Positions 26,318 through 38,100 of a DNA stretch of 64,000 bases are shown here, in pieces. Under the pieces are notes generated by a model. That model made no database searches. It saw nothing but the letters and a program-made list of their open reading frames with translations, and was not told the origin of the DNA. The stretch lies in assembly GCA_963666485.2 (NCBI GenBank), contig CAXXUO010000002.1:512001-576000 (forward strand). Direction: 5' to 3'. A program made the position numbers and the translations under genes. Within the stretch, counting starts at the first letter, position 1. Each line of letters begins with the position of its first letter. Source of the DNA: Syntrophorhabdaceae bacterium. GTDB lineage: Bacteria; Desulfobacterota; Syntrophorhabdia; Syntrophorhabdales; Syntrophorhabdaceae.

Positions 26318-28699
26318 TTGAAGGTACCAGTTGAATGGCTGAATGAATTTGTTGTCATTGACGTTGACATAGACGACCTCGCAAAAAGCCTGACGATGCG
26401 CGGGCTCGAGGTAGAAGGCGTCGAAAAGATAACGCCCGGTTTCACGGGTGTCGTGGCGGCAACCGTAACGAAGATAGAACCCCACCCGAATGCGGACAAC
26501 CTGTCGCTCTGTTCCGTAAGTACAGGCAAAGAAGATCTTGCGATCGTTTGCGGGGCGCCAAACGTCTCTGTCAATGCCCGGGTCCCGCTTGCAATGGTTG
26601 GCGCCGAGCTTGGCAGCGATTTTAAGGTCACCAAACGCGCCGTGCGCGGGATCGAATCATACGGAATGCTCTGTTCGGAAAAGGAGCTCGGCATATCGGA
26701 CGACCACACCGGGATCTTCATCCTTCCCGACGAGATAACTCCGGGAACGGATCTTTCCCGATCACCCATAGCACACGATACCGTGCTCGACATCAGCGTT
26801 CCGCCCAACAGGGGCGATTGCCTGAGCGTCCTCGGTATCGCTCGCGAAGTAGCAAGTGCATTGCGTCAGAAGGCAAAACTCCCCGTTTTCACTCTGACCG
26901 CCGGGACCGATGAAAGGGTCGAAGACCTAGCGCAGCTCACAATTCAGGACCTCGCCGCATGCCCGCGGTACATCCTGAAATTAATACGGGGTATTTCCAT
27001 CCGCCAGTCTCCCTTCTGGATGCGCCGCAGGCTGACCCGGTGCGGCATGAGGCCGATCAATAATATCGTCGACATAACCAACTATGTCATGCTCGAACTT
27101 GGCCAGCCCCTTCATGCCTTCGATTTCGACCGGCTGTCTGAATCGAGGATCGACGTCAGGGTCGCCCGTGAACGCATGACCTTCAGGACGCTCGACAGCA
27201 TCGACAGGCCGCTCGAGCAGGGTGACATCCTCATTTGCGACGGCTCGGGCCCGGTTGCCATTGCGGGTATCATGGGCGGGGAAAATTCCGAGATCACTGC
27301 TTCGACAACGAACATGGCGCTCGAAAGCGCCTATTTCAACCCCTTCTCGATACGGGCGACGGCCCGGCGCCTCGGCATACGCTCCGAGGCCTCTTTGAGG
27401 TTCGAGAAAGGCATAGACATCGATAATGTCGGATATGCCGCCGACAGGGCGATGTTCCTGATGCATGAGCTCGGCGGCGGAACCGTGTTTAGCGGACAGC
27501 GCGAGATATTCGAAAAGAAAGAGCCGCGTTCCATTTACATTACATACAGCAATATCAACGGTCTTCTCGGGACTCACATCAGCCATGAAGCGGTCATGCG
27601 TTCCTTAAGGTCCATCGACCTGCATGTCATGAAAGAGGATGAGAACGGGTTCACCATATCCATCCCGAATTTCAGGCACGATATTGGCGAAGCCGCAGAC
27701 ATTATCGAGGAGATCTCCCGTGTTCACGGCTTTGAGCATATCCCGGACACCAGCCCGGTAACCGTCCTCAAGCCGCAAAAGCTTACGAACAGGGAACGTT
27801 CTACCGCCATCGTCCGGGAATACTGCCTGGGAACCGGTTTTTTTGAGATCATCAACTTCTCATTCTTCTCTACCAGGGACATCGAGCTTTTCCGCATACC
27901 CGAAAACGACGAACGCAGCCGCTGTGTGCCCATCATGAACCCCATTTCGCGCGATTGGGGGGTCATGCGCACGATGATGATGCCGGCGGTCTTGAAGAGT
28001 TTCGCGTACAACATCAACCGCGGCTCGAAAAACCTGCGATTCTTCGAAAAAGGAAAGGTATTTTACCTTGACGGGCCCCGCAATATACGGGAAGAGACCA
28101 TCCTCTGTTTCGCGTTGACCGGAAGGGAGAAGGAATATTTTTGGAAAGAGAAATACCCGGAGTATGATTTCTTCGATATGAAAGGGGTCGTAGAAGGTCT
28201 GCTGGAGCGGCTTGGCGCAAACTGCGAGTTCGCCCCAACCGCTGAACCCTTCCTTGACCAGGGTTGTTCCGCTGACGTCATGATCGATGGCGTCAAGGCC
28301 GGCTGGATAGGCTCGATCCGGGACGACATCGTGAAAGTCTATGAAATTGAACAAACTATTTATTGCGCTGAGTTACGATTTGATATAATCTTACAAAAAG
28401 GGAACCTTACACTTCAGTACAAGCCGATACCCCGTTTTCCGCAGGCGACCCGGGATTTTTCGTTCTTCGTGGACGACTCCGTGCCGATAGCCGCGCTTGT
28501 AAAGAAGATAAAGGGTATCTCACCCCTTATAGTTTCCGTCGGGATATTCGATATGTTCCGAAAGGAGAAGCGAAGTGTATCCATACGGGTTGTATTCCAG
28601 TCATATGAAGAAACTCTCACCGACGAGCGCGTCAATTCCCTGCAGGAAAAGATCATCGGCGAGATGACAAATATTGATGGAATTTCGTTAAGGGCATAA
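26318..28699 (+). CDS. pheT: Phenylalanine--tRNA ligase beta subunit
   Basis: HPNADNL, VCGAPN, PNRGDCLS, GQPLHAFD, RFEKG. Confidence 0.97.
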   Translation: MKVPVEWLNEFVVIDVDIDDLAKSLTMRGLEVEGVEKITPGFTGVVAATVTKIEPHPNADNLSLCSVSTGKEDLAIVCGAPNVSVNARVPLAMVGAELGSDFKVTKRAVRGIESYGMLCSEKELGISDDHTGIFILPDEITPGTDLSRSPIAHDTVLDISVPPNRGDCLSVLGIAREVASALRQKAKLPVFTLTAGTDERVEDLAQLTIQDLAACPRYILKLIRGISIRQSPFWMRRRLTRCGMRPINNIVDITNYVMLELGQPLHAFDFDRLSESRIDVRVARERMTFRTLDSIDRPLEQGDILICDGSGPVAIAGIMGGENSEITASTTNMALESAYFNPFSIRATARRLGIRSEASLRFEKGIDIDNVGYAADRAMFLMHELGGGTVFSGQREIFEKKEPRSIYITYSNINGLLGTHISHEAVMRSLRSIDLHVMKEDENGFTISIPNFRHDIGEAADIIEEISRVHGFEHIPDTSPVTVLKPQKLTNRERSTAIVREYCLGTGFFEIINFSFFSTRDIELFRIPENDERSRCVPIMNPISRDWGVMRTMMMPAVLKSFAYNINRGSKNLRFFEKGKVFYLDGPRNIREETILCFALTGREKEYFWKEKYPEYDFFDMKGVVEGLLERLGANCEFAPTAEPFLDQGCSADVMIDGVKAGWIGSIRDDIVKVYEIEQTIYCAELRFDIILQKGNLTLQYKPIPRFPQATRDFSFFVDDSVPIAALVKKIKGISPLIVSVGIFDMFRKEKRSVSIRVVFQSYEETLTDERVNSLQEKIIGEMTNIDGISLRA

Positions 28700-28708
28700 G
28701 GAGGAGGA

Positions 28709-28996
28709 ATGACGAAAATAGATATCGTGACCGATCTTTACGAAAAGCTCGGATTTTCCAAACGGGAGTGCGCGCATATCGTCGACCGGTTCTTTGAAAT
28801 CATAAAAGACACTCTTGCAACGGACGAGAACGTCAAGATCTCCGGTTTCGGCAACTTTTTCGTGCGCAAGAAAAAAGCGCGCCGGGGCAGGAACCCGCAG
28901 ACGGGTGAAGAGATCAAGATAACGGAACGCAAGGTATTGAGCTTCAGGTTAAGCCAGGTACTAAAGGATGAAATAAACAACAGCAGGGCGGAATGA
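28709..28996 (+). CDS. ihfA: Integration host factor alpha
   Basis: VKISGFGNF, GRNPQTGE; follows pheT. Confidence 0.93.
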   Translation: MTKIDIVTDLYEKLGFSKRECAHIVDRFFEIIKDTLATDENVKISGFGNFFVRKKKARRGRNPQTGEEIKITERKVLSFRLSQVLKDEINNSRAE

Positions 28997-29319
28997 ACGG
29001 AAGAGAAATTCCCGACCGGGTCTTTTACCGTATCAAGGAAGTCTGTACCCTGACAGGGCTCAAGCCCCACGTCCTGAGGTACTGGGAGCAGGAATTCAAG
29101 GACATCAAACCCGTCAAGAGCCCGACCGGGCAGAGGCTGTACAAGAAAAAAGATCTCGAGATCATCTTTACGATCAAGAAGCTCCTGCACGAAAAACGGT
29201 TCACGATAGATGGAGCAAAACAATATCTCGCCAACCACAAACGTATTCTCAATGAGATCCGCGAGGAACTTACGGAATTAGTAGCAATGCTGAAACAAGA
29301 GGAGAAAGAAAAGAAATGA
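28993..29319 (+). CDS. MerR-family transcriptional regulator
   Basis: YRIKEV...HVLRYWEQEF...GQRLY; usual position after ihfA. Confidence 0.9.
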   Translation: MNGREIPDRVFYRIKEVCTLTGLKPHVLRYWEQEFKDIKPVKSPTGQRLYKKKDLEIIFTIKKLLHEKRFTIDGAKQYLANHKRILNEIREELTELVAMLKQEEKEKK

Positions 29320-29933
29320 AAAATGTTATTATCGCTTTAGTGTTGGCCGCCCTGGTAGTTTCCTGTACACCCGGGCCCACTTATTATGCCAAGAGCGAAT
29401 CCGACAGCATCAAAAAGAACTACAACGACAAGCATGTCCAAAGCCTGTACCAGTCAAACTCGAGCCTTTTTAAGGAAATATACAACCGGTATAACTCTGC
29501 CAATGTCGGCGTCTACCAGGACGGGATCGGGATAACCACCCTTCAGGACTATGACAATACGACCCTCCACTATTTAATGGTCTACGTACGTCCCAAAGAC
29601 GCGTCATTCGACATGAACACGACGAAACCCGAACAAAGGATTGCGGCGATTTTGAAGAATTTCGTCCCAAAATATATAAAAATGCTCAATTCCCGGGACC
29701 TCGACAAGGATGATATCGAAGGTCTCGCCTTCGGTGTTTACTGGGCAGCCAGGGACCATTCCCAGTGCGATACATATGGCGGCCACGTCGAATACCTCTA
29801 TATCTTCTTCCCGAAGAACGCCGCTCAGGCATACCTGAATGGCAATTTGAGCCTCGCGGAAGCGATCGACCAGTCCGAGGTCATGTCGAGCACCGATCTC
29901 AAGCCGGCACAGGCCATCCGGCCCGTCTTCTAG
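29316..29933 (+). CDS. Hypothetical lipoprotein
   Basis: Signal peptide with lipobox LVVS-C; ATGA overlap with merR. Confidence 0.7.
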   Translation: MKNVIIALVLAALVVSCTPGPTYYAKSESDSIKKNYNDKHVQSLYQSNSSLFKEIYNRYNSANVGVYQDGIGITTLQDYDNTTLHYLMVYVRPKDASFDMNTTKPEQRIAAILKNFVPKYIKMLNSRDLDKDDIEGLAFGVYWAARDHSQCDTYGGHVEYLYIFFPKNAAQAYLNGNLSLAEAIDQSEVMSSTDLKPAQAIRPVF

Positions 29934-29955
29934 GCGGATCATTACGAAAAACGAG

Positions 29956-29986
29956 CGCCGCAGCTAAAAGCTGCGGCGTTTTTTTT
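29956..29986 (+). terminator. Rho-independent terminator
   Basis: CGCCGCAGCT-AAA-AGCTGCGGCG followed by T8. Confidence 0.88.
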
Positions 29987-30023
29987 GCGTCTTCTTTAAA
30001 ACGGCCCCGAAAGACAAACAGAC

Positions 30024-30845
30024 TTACTGGAACCATCCGCCTTTTTGAATGAGGTTCTTCACCGTCATCTCGGGAAAAGGCGCCGGTATGAACGAAAGCA
30101 CAAATACGGCGAGCACGATGACCGCCAGTTTCTTCCGTCTTCCGTCAAGCGACGTTTCATCATCGAGGGGACCGGGATGATTCCGGCCGAAGATCATGAG
30201 GAGCACAACGAGCATAAACCAGCCAATATTGTGGAATATCGCAAGAAGGCCAAGGCCCGCGATGACCCCGTAAAAGACCCACTTGCTCCGGCGGCCGAAC
30301 ACGGCGTACACGACATGCCCCCCGTCAAGCTGACCCACGGGAAGAAGGTTGAGCGATGTCACAAAAAGCCCGACCCAGCCGGCATATGCAAGAGGATGCA
30401 GCATAAGTTCGTGCCCGTCCGGTATCCGGCCTATGAGCCAGGCCTCGAGTACCTTGAAAAGAAGGGGTTCCCCGAGCTCCATGTATGACGCCGCCGGGAC
30501 ACCTGCGACCGTTGTGACCGTAGATAGGCTTATTCCTGCTATGATAAACGGGACTGCAGCGATAAAACCGGCCAGGGGCCCGGCTATGCCGATATCGAAA
30601 AGGGCTTTTCTGTCCGTTATTATCCCTTTCATCTTGATCAGGGCGCCGAACGTGCCGAAGGGCGGCAGCGGCAGAGGTATAAAGAAAGGAAGTGTGCTCG
30701 GGATCCGGTGGCGACGCGCCATCACGTAGTGTCCCATTTCGTGGCACAGGAGTATTGTCATGATGGCGGCACTGTAAACGTAGCCGCCCACAAAGATAGT
30801 TGACGCTATCGTAACGACAAATAACAGGATGTGCAGATAGATCAT
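30024..30845 (-). CDS. Site-2 protease (M50 family membrane metalloprotease)
   Basis: HEMGH, IAGP, NLLPVGQLDGGH. Confidence 0.92.
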   Translation of the reverse strand: MIYLHILLFVVTIASTIFVGGYVYSAAIMTILLCHEMGHYVMARRHRIPSTLPFFIPLPLPPFGTFGALIKMKGIITDRKALFDIGIAGPLAGFIAAVPFIIAGISLSTVTTVAGVPAASYMELGEPLLFKVLEAWLIGRIPDGHELMLHPLAYAGWVGLFVTSLNLLPVGQLDGGHVVYAVFGRRSKWVFYGVIAGLGLLAIFHNIGWFMLVVLLMIFGRNHPGPLDDETSLDGRRKKLAVIVLAVFVLSFIPAPFPEMTVKNLIQKGGWFQ

Positions 30846-31808
30846 CTAGACCTTGAGCAGGCCGTACTCCATGAGGACCCGGTCATGTTTTGTTCCCGAC
30901 TTTATTTTTACGTCCAGCGAACATAAGAACTCGTAAAAATCTATCAGGCTCTTCCTCGGCAGTTTGCGCGCCGTGGTGAAAAGCTTGTATGCATAATACG
31001 GGTGCTGGAACGGCAAATAACGTTTTTTGCCAGATGTGTCGATCTCGATCTCTTCTTTCCATTGTTTGAAGGCCGAAGCAAAAGGCGGATACGCCCGGGC
31101 ATCCGGAATATGCGGCTCGAGGTCCTTCGCCTGGATCAAAAGACGCATCTGGTTTACAAGATAGCTGTGTATCGCGAGGATGTGCTGTCCATTCTCCACC
31201 AACCCTTCGAAGATGGCAAGGACCTCTTTCTTGTCCATCCGGGAGAATGCGTCAAACAGCACCATTAAAGTGTCTTCATGGGTCTCGGTGACAACGGTCT
31301 GAATATCCTTCGAATCGATCGTAGGTCTGTCGCCCACATATGCGATGAGCTTCAAGACCTCCTGGTCCAATATCGATTCGTCGCGGATCCTCGATGTCAG
31401 CAGCGTAAATGCCTTGTCGGTCATTTTCTTGCCGTTGCGCTTGATGGCTGTACGCACCCTCTCCTTGATCCTCTTTTCCCTGTCTTTTTCCAGGATAACA
31501 GGGTTCATCTCAAGGATGTCGCAAACGCCAGGCGATTCTTTTGTCAGGTAAACGATCAGCCCCGCCCGGTCTTTCAGGGCATCGAGGTTCGGCTTCAGTG
31601 CCTTCACATCAGCAACGTCCGGGTCTATGACGACTATCACGAGGTTCTCGGCGAGAAAAAGATTCGAGGCTTTCTCGATAACAACCTGCCGTAAGTCTTT
31701 CCCCTGGGCGATGGCAATTGCGGGGTGCTCATGAAAACGGCCGGCAAGGACATGGATATCCTCGATAATGTTCTCTTTGGCCCCCAGGGCAAGCAGCATT
31801 GTCTTCAT
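30846..31808 (-). CDS. holA: DNA polymerase III delta subunit
   Basis: NLFLAENLVIV, QEVLKLIAY, C-terminal DVKIKSG; typical size. Confidence 0.78.
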   Translation of the reverse strand: MKTMLLALGAKENIIEDIHVLAGRFHEHPAIAIAQGKDLRQVVIEKASNLFLAENLVIVVIDPDVADVKALKPNLDALKDRAGLIVYLTKESPGVCDILEMNPVILEKDREKRIKERVRTAIKRNGKKMTDKAFTLLTSRIRDESILDQEVLKLIAYVGDRPTIDSKDIQTVVTETHEDTLMVLFDAFSRMDKKEVLAIFEGLVENGQHILAIHSYLVNQMRLLIQAKDLEPHIPDARAYPPFASAFKQWKEEIEIDTSGKKRYLPFQHPYYAYKLFTTARKLPRKSLIDFYEFLCSLDVKIKSGTKHDRVLMEYGLLKV

Positions 31809-32129
31809 GCACGGTTAGGATATCATCGGCAGGCTTTGTTTTCAACCCGGAGAAAGAACCGGTTATCCTGAAACAGGCGACAAGTACGGCTTGTAATCTA
31901 AAATAATTAATATTTTACTTGAAAAATAACAATAAGTTGTATTACATTCTAACACATAGGGTATTCGCAAGAAAAGTAAAAAACTTTATACAAATTTGCA
32001 GCGTGTTACTTCAGGTCCGCTTAGATCCATACGGCGGGTTCGATAGACGGGATGCATAGGAATTGGGATAGGTCGCTGGGAGCAAATCTATGGTTCTCTA
32101 TAGCAGTGGGGTAACCAACGACACGTCGC

Positions 32130-35100
32130 ATGAAACGACAATACGCTCTTATTGTTGCAATCCTGTACTCCATCCTTCTTCTCTGCCCGGTCGCACATGC
32201 GGGGACTACGTGGGATGGCGGAGGGGCAAACACCAACATCAACACACCCGCAAACTGGGACGATAATGTCAATCCGGCATTTGACGGTACCCAGTCCGTT
32301 ACCTTTGCCACGAACGGTACAACCGCCACAATAAACACCAATGTCAGTTTTCTCGGAATCACCGTCAATCGCGACGCTAATTTTACACTAGCTTCCGGAG
32401 CGGGGACATTGACGATAGGGACCGCCGGTATAACCGCCAGCCCCTTTACAACTTCTGCAACCAACCGAACATACACCTTCACCACGGGAATCATCCTCGG
32501 CAACGACCAGACATGGACGGTGAACAATAACGGGACAGGGACAACCCTGCTTTCCGTTGGCGCCGTTTCAGGGGCCGGGCGCAATTTGATCATCACAGGA
32601 ACAGGCAATGCAACCATTTCGGGAATAGTGGGTACGGGGGCCGGGAGCCTCACGAAGAACGGAACCGGCATCCTCACGCTCAGCGCCGCAAATACATATT
32701 CGGGCGGGACTACTCTCAACACGGGGACAATCCTTGTGGGCAACAACGCGTCTCTCGGGACAGGGATGCTCACGATCGCAGGCGGTACCCTTGCATCATC
32801 AAGTGCGACCGCACGGGCCCTTGCGAACAACATCACCATGACAGGCAACCTCACCCTCGGCCAGGCGGCAGGGGGGACGGGGGTTCTGACGCTGGGCAAT
32901 GTCGACTTAGGGGCTGCGACCCGGACGGTCACGGTCAACAACACATCAGACATTTTATCCGGTGTCATATCCGGTACCGGGGGACTGACGAAGGCGGGGA
33001 CAGGTTCTTTGACCTTGAGCAATGCCAATACGTTTTCAGGAGGCACTTTCCTCAATGCCGGCAGCTTCCTTCTCGGGAACAACGCTGCTCTCGGGTCAGG
33101 GACATTGACTGTCGCGGCAGGCACCCTCGCCTCGTCAGATGCAACCGCACACACGATAGCCAACAACACGGTCCTGACAGGCAACCTCACCCTCGGCCAG
33201 GCGGCAGGGGGAACGGGGGCGCTGACGCTCGGCAATGTCGACTTAGGGGCGGTGACCCGGACGGTCACGGTGAACAACGCAGCCGACACCATATCGGGGA
33301 CCATATCGGGCACGGGGGGACTCACGAAGGCGGGGACGGGCACACTGACCCTGTCGGGTAGCAGCACGTACACCGGTGCAACGACGATCAACGCGGGGAC
33401 CCTCCAGTTAGGGACGAACAACGCGCTGACCACGACGACCGCGGTGACCCTCGCGAACACGGCAGGAGCGATCCTTAACCTCAACGGGTTCAACCAGACG
33501 ATCGGGTCGCTGGCCGGGGGAGGGACGACGGGGGGCAACGTATCCTTAGGCGCGGGAACGCTCACGGTGGGTGACGCGACAAACACGACGTATGGCGGTG
33601 TCATAAGCGGTATCGGCGGAACTCTTATAAAGCAGGGGACAGGTGCACTGACATTGAGCAATGCGAACACGTACTCGGGGGGAACGGCCTTGAACGCCGG
33701 CAGCCTCCTTGTCGGGAACAACGCGGCACTCGGGACGGGAACGCTGACGATCGCAGGCGGCACCCTCGCCTCGTCGAGCGCGACGGCAAGGACCCTCGCG
33801 AACAACATCACCATGAACGGGGACGTCATACTCGGCCAGGCGGCAGGGGGGACGGGGGTTCTCACCCTGTCGGGCAATGTCGACCTCGGTGCAGCGACCC
33901 GGACCATCACGGTGAACAACGCAGCCGATACGATAGCGGGGGCCATATCGGGCACAGGGGGACTCGCGAAGGCGGGGACGGGGGCGTTGACCTTGAGCGG
34001 GGTCAACACCTACTCGGGCGGGACCACCCTCAATGCCGGCAGCCTCCTTGTCGGGAGTGACTCCGCGCTGGGGACGGGGACATTGACTGTCTCTGCAGGC
34101 ACCCTTGCCTCCTCTGATGCAGCCGCACACACGATAGCCAACAACACGGTCCTGACAGGCAATGTCACACTCGGCCAGGCTGCAGGGGGAACGGGGGTTC
34201 TCACCCTGTCGGGCAATGTCGACCTCGGTGCGGCCACCCGGACCATCACGGTGAACAACACATCAGACATTTTATCCGGTGTCATATCCGGTACCGGGGG
34301 ACTGACGAAGGCGGGGACAGGTTCTTTGACCTTGAGCAATGCCAATACGTTTTCAGGAGGCACTTTCCTCAATGCCGGCAGCTTCCTTCTCGGGAACAAC
34401 GCTGCTCTCGGGTCAGGGACATTGACTGTCGCGGCAGGCACCCTCGCCTCGTCAGATGCAACCGCACACACGATAGCCAACAACACGGTCCTGACAGGCA
34501 ACCTCACCCTCGGCCAGGCGGCAGGGGGAACGGGGGCGCTGACGCTCGGCAATGTCGACTTAGGGGCGGTGACCCGGACGGTCACGGTGAACAACGCAGC
34601 CGACACCATATCGGGGACCATATCGGGCACGGGGGGACTCACGAAGGCGGGGACGGGCACACTGACCCTGTCGGGTAGCAGCACGTACACCGGTGCAACG
34701 ACGATCAACGCGGGGACCCTCCAGTTAGGGACGAACAACGCGCTGACCACGACGACCGCGGTGACCCTCGCGAACACGGCAGGAGCGATCCTTAACCTCA
34801 ACGGGTTCAACCAGACGATCGGGTCGCTGGCCGGGGGAGGGACGACGGGGGGCAACGTATCCTTAGGCGCGGGAACGCTCACGGTGGGTGACGCGACAAA
34901 CACGACGTATGGCGGTGTCATAAGCGGTATCGGCGGAACTCTTATAAAGCAGGGGACAGGTGCACTGACATTGAGCAATGCGAACACGTACTCGGGGGGA
35001 ACGGCCTTGAACGCCGGCAGCCTCCTTGTCGGGAACAACGCGGCACTCGGGACGGGAACGCTGACGATCGCAGGCGGCACCCTCGCCTCGTCGAGCGCGA

Positions 35101-38100
35101 CGGCAAGGACCCTCGCGAACAACATCACCATGAACGGGGACGTCATACTCGGCCAGGCGGCAGGGGGGACGGGGGTTCTCACCCTGTCGGGCAATGTCGA
35201 CCTCGGTGCAGCGACCCGGACCATCACGGTGAACAACGCAGCCGATACGATAGCGGGGGCCATATCGGGCACAGGGGGACTCGCGAAGGCGGGGACGGGG
35301 GCGTTGACCTTGAGCGGGGTCAACACCTACTCGGGCGGGACCACCCTCAATGCCGGCAGCCTCCTTGTCGGGAGTGACTCCGCGCTGGGGACGGGGACAT
35401 TGACTGTCTCTGCAGGCACCCTTGCCTCCTCTGATGCAGCCGCACACACGATAGCCAACAACACGGTCCTGACAGGCAATGTCACACTCGGCCAGGCTGC
35501 AGGGGGAACGGGGGTTCTCACCCTGTCGGGCAATGTCGACCTCGGTGCGGCCACCCGGACCATCACGGTGAACAACACATCAGACATTTTATCCGGTGTC
35601 ATATCCGGTACCGGGGGACTGACGAAGGCGGGGACGGGCACACTGACCCTGTCGGGTAGCAGCACGTACACCGGTGCAACGACGATCAACGCGGGGACCC
35701 TCCAGTTAGGGACGAACAACGCGCTGACCACGACGACCGCGGTGACCCTCGCGAACACGGCAGGAGCGATCCTTAACCTCAACGGGTTCAACCAGACGAT
35801 CGGGTCGCTGGCCGGGGGAGGGACGACGGGGGGCAACGTATCCTTAGGCGCGGGAACGCTCACGGTGGGTGACGCGACAAACACGACGTATGGCGGTGTC
35901 ATAAGCGGTATCGGCGGAACTCTTATAAAGCAGGGGACAGGTGCACTGACATTGAGCAATGCGAACACGTACTCGGGGGGAACGGCCTTGAACGCCGGCA
36001 GCCTCCTTGTCGGGAACAACGCGGCACTCGGGACGGGAACGCTGACGATCGCAGGCGGCACCCTCGCCTCGTCGAGCGCGACGGCAAGGACCCTCGCGAA
36101 CAACATCACCATGAACGGGGACGTCATACTCGGCCAGGCGGCAGGGGGGACGGGGGTTCTCACCCTGTCGGGCAATGTCGACCTCGGTGCAGCGACCCGG
36201 ACCATCACGGTGAACAACACATCAGACATTTTATCCGGTGTCATATCCGGTACCGGGGGACTGACGAAGGCGGGGACAGGTTCTTTGACCTTGAGCAATG
36301 CCAATACGTTTTCAGGAGGCACTTTCCTCAATGCCGGCAGCCTCCTTCTCGGGAGTGACTCCGCACTCGGGACGGGGACATTGACTGTCGCGGCAGGCAC
36401 CCTCGCCTCCTCTGATGCAACCGCACACACGATAGCCAACAACACGGTCCTGACAGGCAATGTCACCCTCGGCCAGGCGGCAGGGGGAACGGGGGCGCTG
36501 ACGCTCGGCAATGTCGACTTAGGGGCGGTGACCCGGACGGTCACGGTGAACAACGCAGCCGACACCATATCGGGGACCATATCGGGCACGGGGGGACTCA
36601 CGAAGGCGGGGACGGGCACACTGACCCTGTCGGGTAGCAGCACGTACACCGGTGCAACGACGATCAACGCGGGGACCCTCCAGTTAGGGACGAACAACGC
36701 GCTGACCACGACGACCGCGGTGACCCTCGCGAACACGGCAGGAGCGATCCTTAACCTCAACGGTTTCAGCCAGACGATCGGGTCGCTGGCCGGGGGAGGG
36801 ACGACGGGGGGCAACGTATCCTTAGGCGCGGGAACGCTCACGGTGGGTGACGCGACAAACACGACGTATGGCGGGGTTATAAGCGGGACAGGCTCTCTCG
36901 TCAAGCAGGGCGCCGGGGCGCTCACCTTGAGCAATGCGAACACGTACTCGGGGGGCACGTTCCTCAACGCGGGGACTTTACTCGCAGGGAACAACGCATC
37001 GCTCGGGACGGGAACGCTGACGATCGCAGGCGGCACCCTCGCCTCGTCGAGCGCGACAGCACGGACACTCGCGAACAACATCACCATGAACGGGGACGTC
37101 ACACTCGGCCAGGCTGCAGGAGGGACGGGGGCCCTGACGCTGTCGGGCGGCGTAAGCCTTGCGGCAGGCACTCATCAAATAACAGTGGACAATGCTGCCG
37201 ATACGCTGTCCGGTGTCATATCCGGTACCGGGGGACTGACGAAGGCGGGAACCGGCTCTTTGACCTTAAGCAATGCAAATACCTACTCAGGTGGCACCAC
37301 TCTGAACGCCGGCAGCTTGCTTCTTGGGAACAACACAGCGCTGGGTGCGGGAACCCTGACGATCGGCGGCGGCACCCTGGCCTCGTCGAGCGCCACAGCC
37401 CTGACCATCTCGAACAACATCACCATGAACGGTGACGTCACCCTCGGCCAGGCGGCAGGGGGGACGGGGGCGCTGACGCTCGGCAATGTCGACTTAGGGG
37501 CGGTGACCCGGACGGTCACGGTGAACAACGCAGCCGACACGATATCGGGGACCATATCGGGGACGGGGGGACTCACAAAGGCGGGGACCGGTACACTGAC
37601 CCTGTCGGGCAACAGCACGTACACCGGTGCGACGACGATCAACGCGGGAACCCTCCAGTTGGGGACGAACAACGCGCTGACGGCGACGACCGCACTTACC
37701 CTCGCGAACACGGCAGGCGCGGTCCTTAATCTCAACGGGTTCAATCAGACGATCGGGTCGCTTGCCGGGGGCGGGACGACGGGCGGCAACGTATCTCTGG
37801 GCGCGGGAACGCTCACGGTGGGCGACGCGACAAGCACGACGTATGGCGGTGTCATAAGCGGTATCGGCGGAACTCTTATAAAGCAGGGCGCCGGGGCGCT
37901 CACCTTGAGCAACGCGAGCACGTACTCGGGGGGGACTTTCCTCAACGCGGGGACTTTACTCGCAGGGAACAACGCGGCACTCGGGACGGGGACATTGACT
38001 GTCGCGGCAGGCACCCTCGCCTCGTCGAGCGCAACCGCACGGACACTGGCAAACAACATCACCATGAACGGTGACGTCACACTCGGCCAGGCTGCAGGAG

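Noticed and set aside
31950..32129. Riboswitch (e.g. c-di-GMP-I) in the autotransporter leader
   Set aside because: Only a weak possible stem (GTTACTTC/GGGGTAAC) and a GCAAA; the consensus is not matched by eye. An Rfam/Infernal search would settle it.
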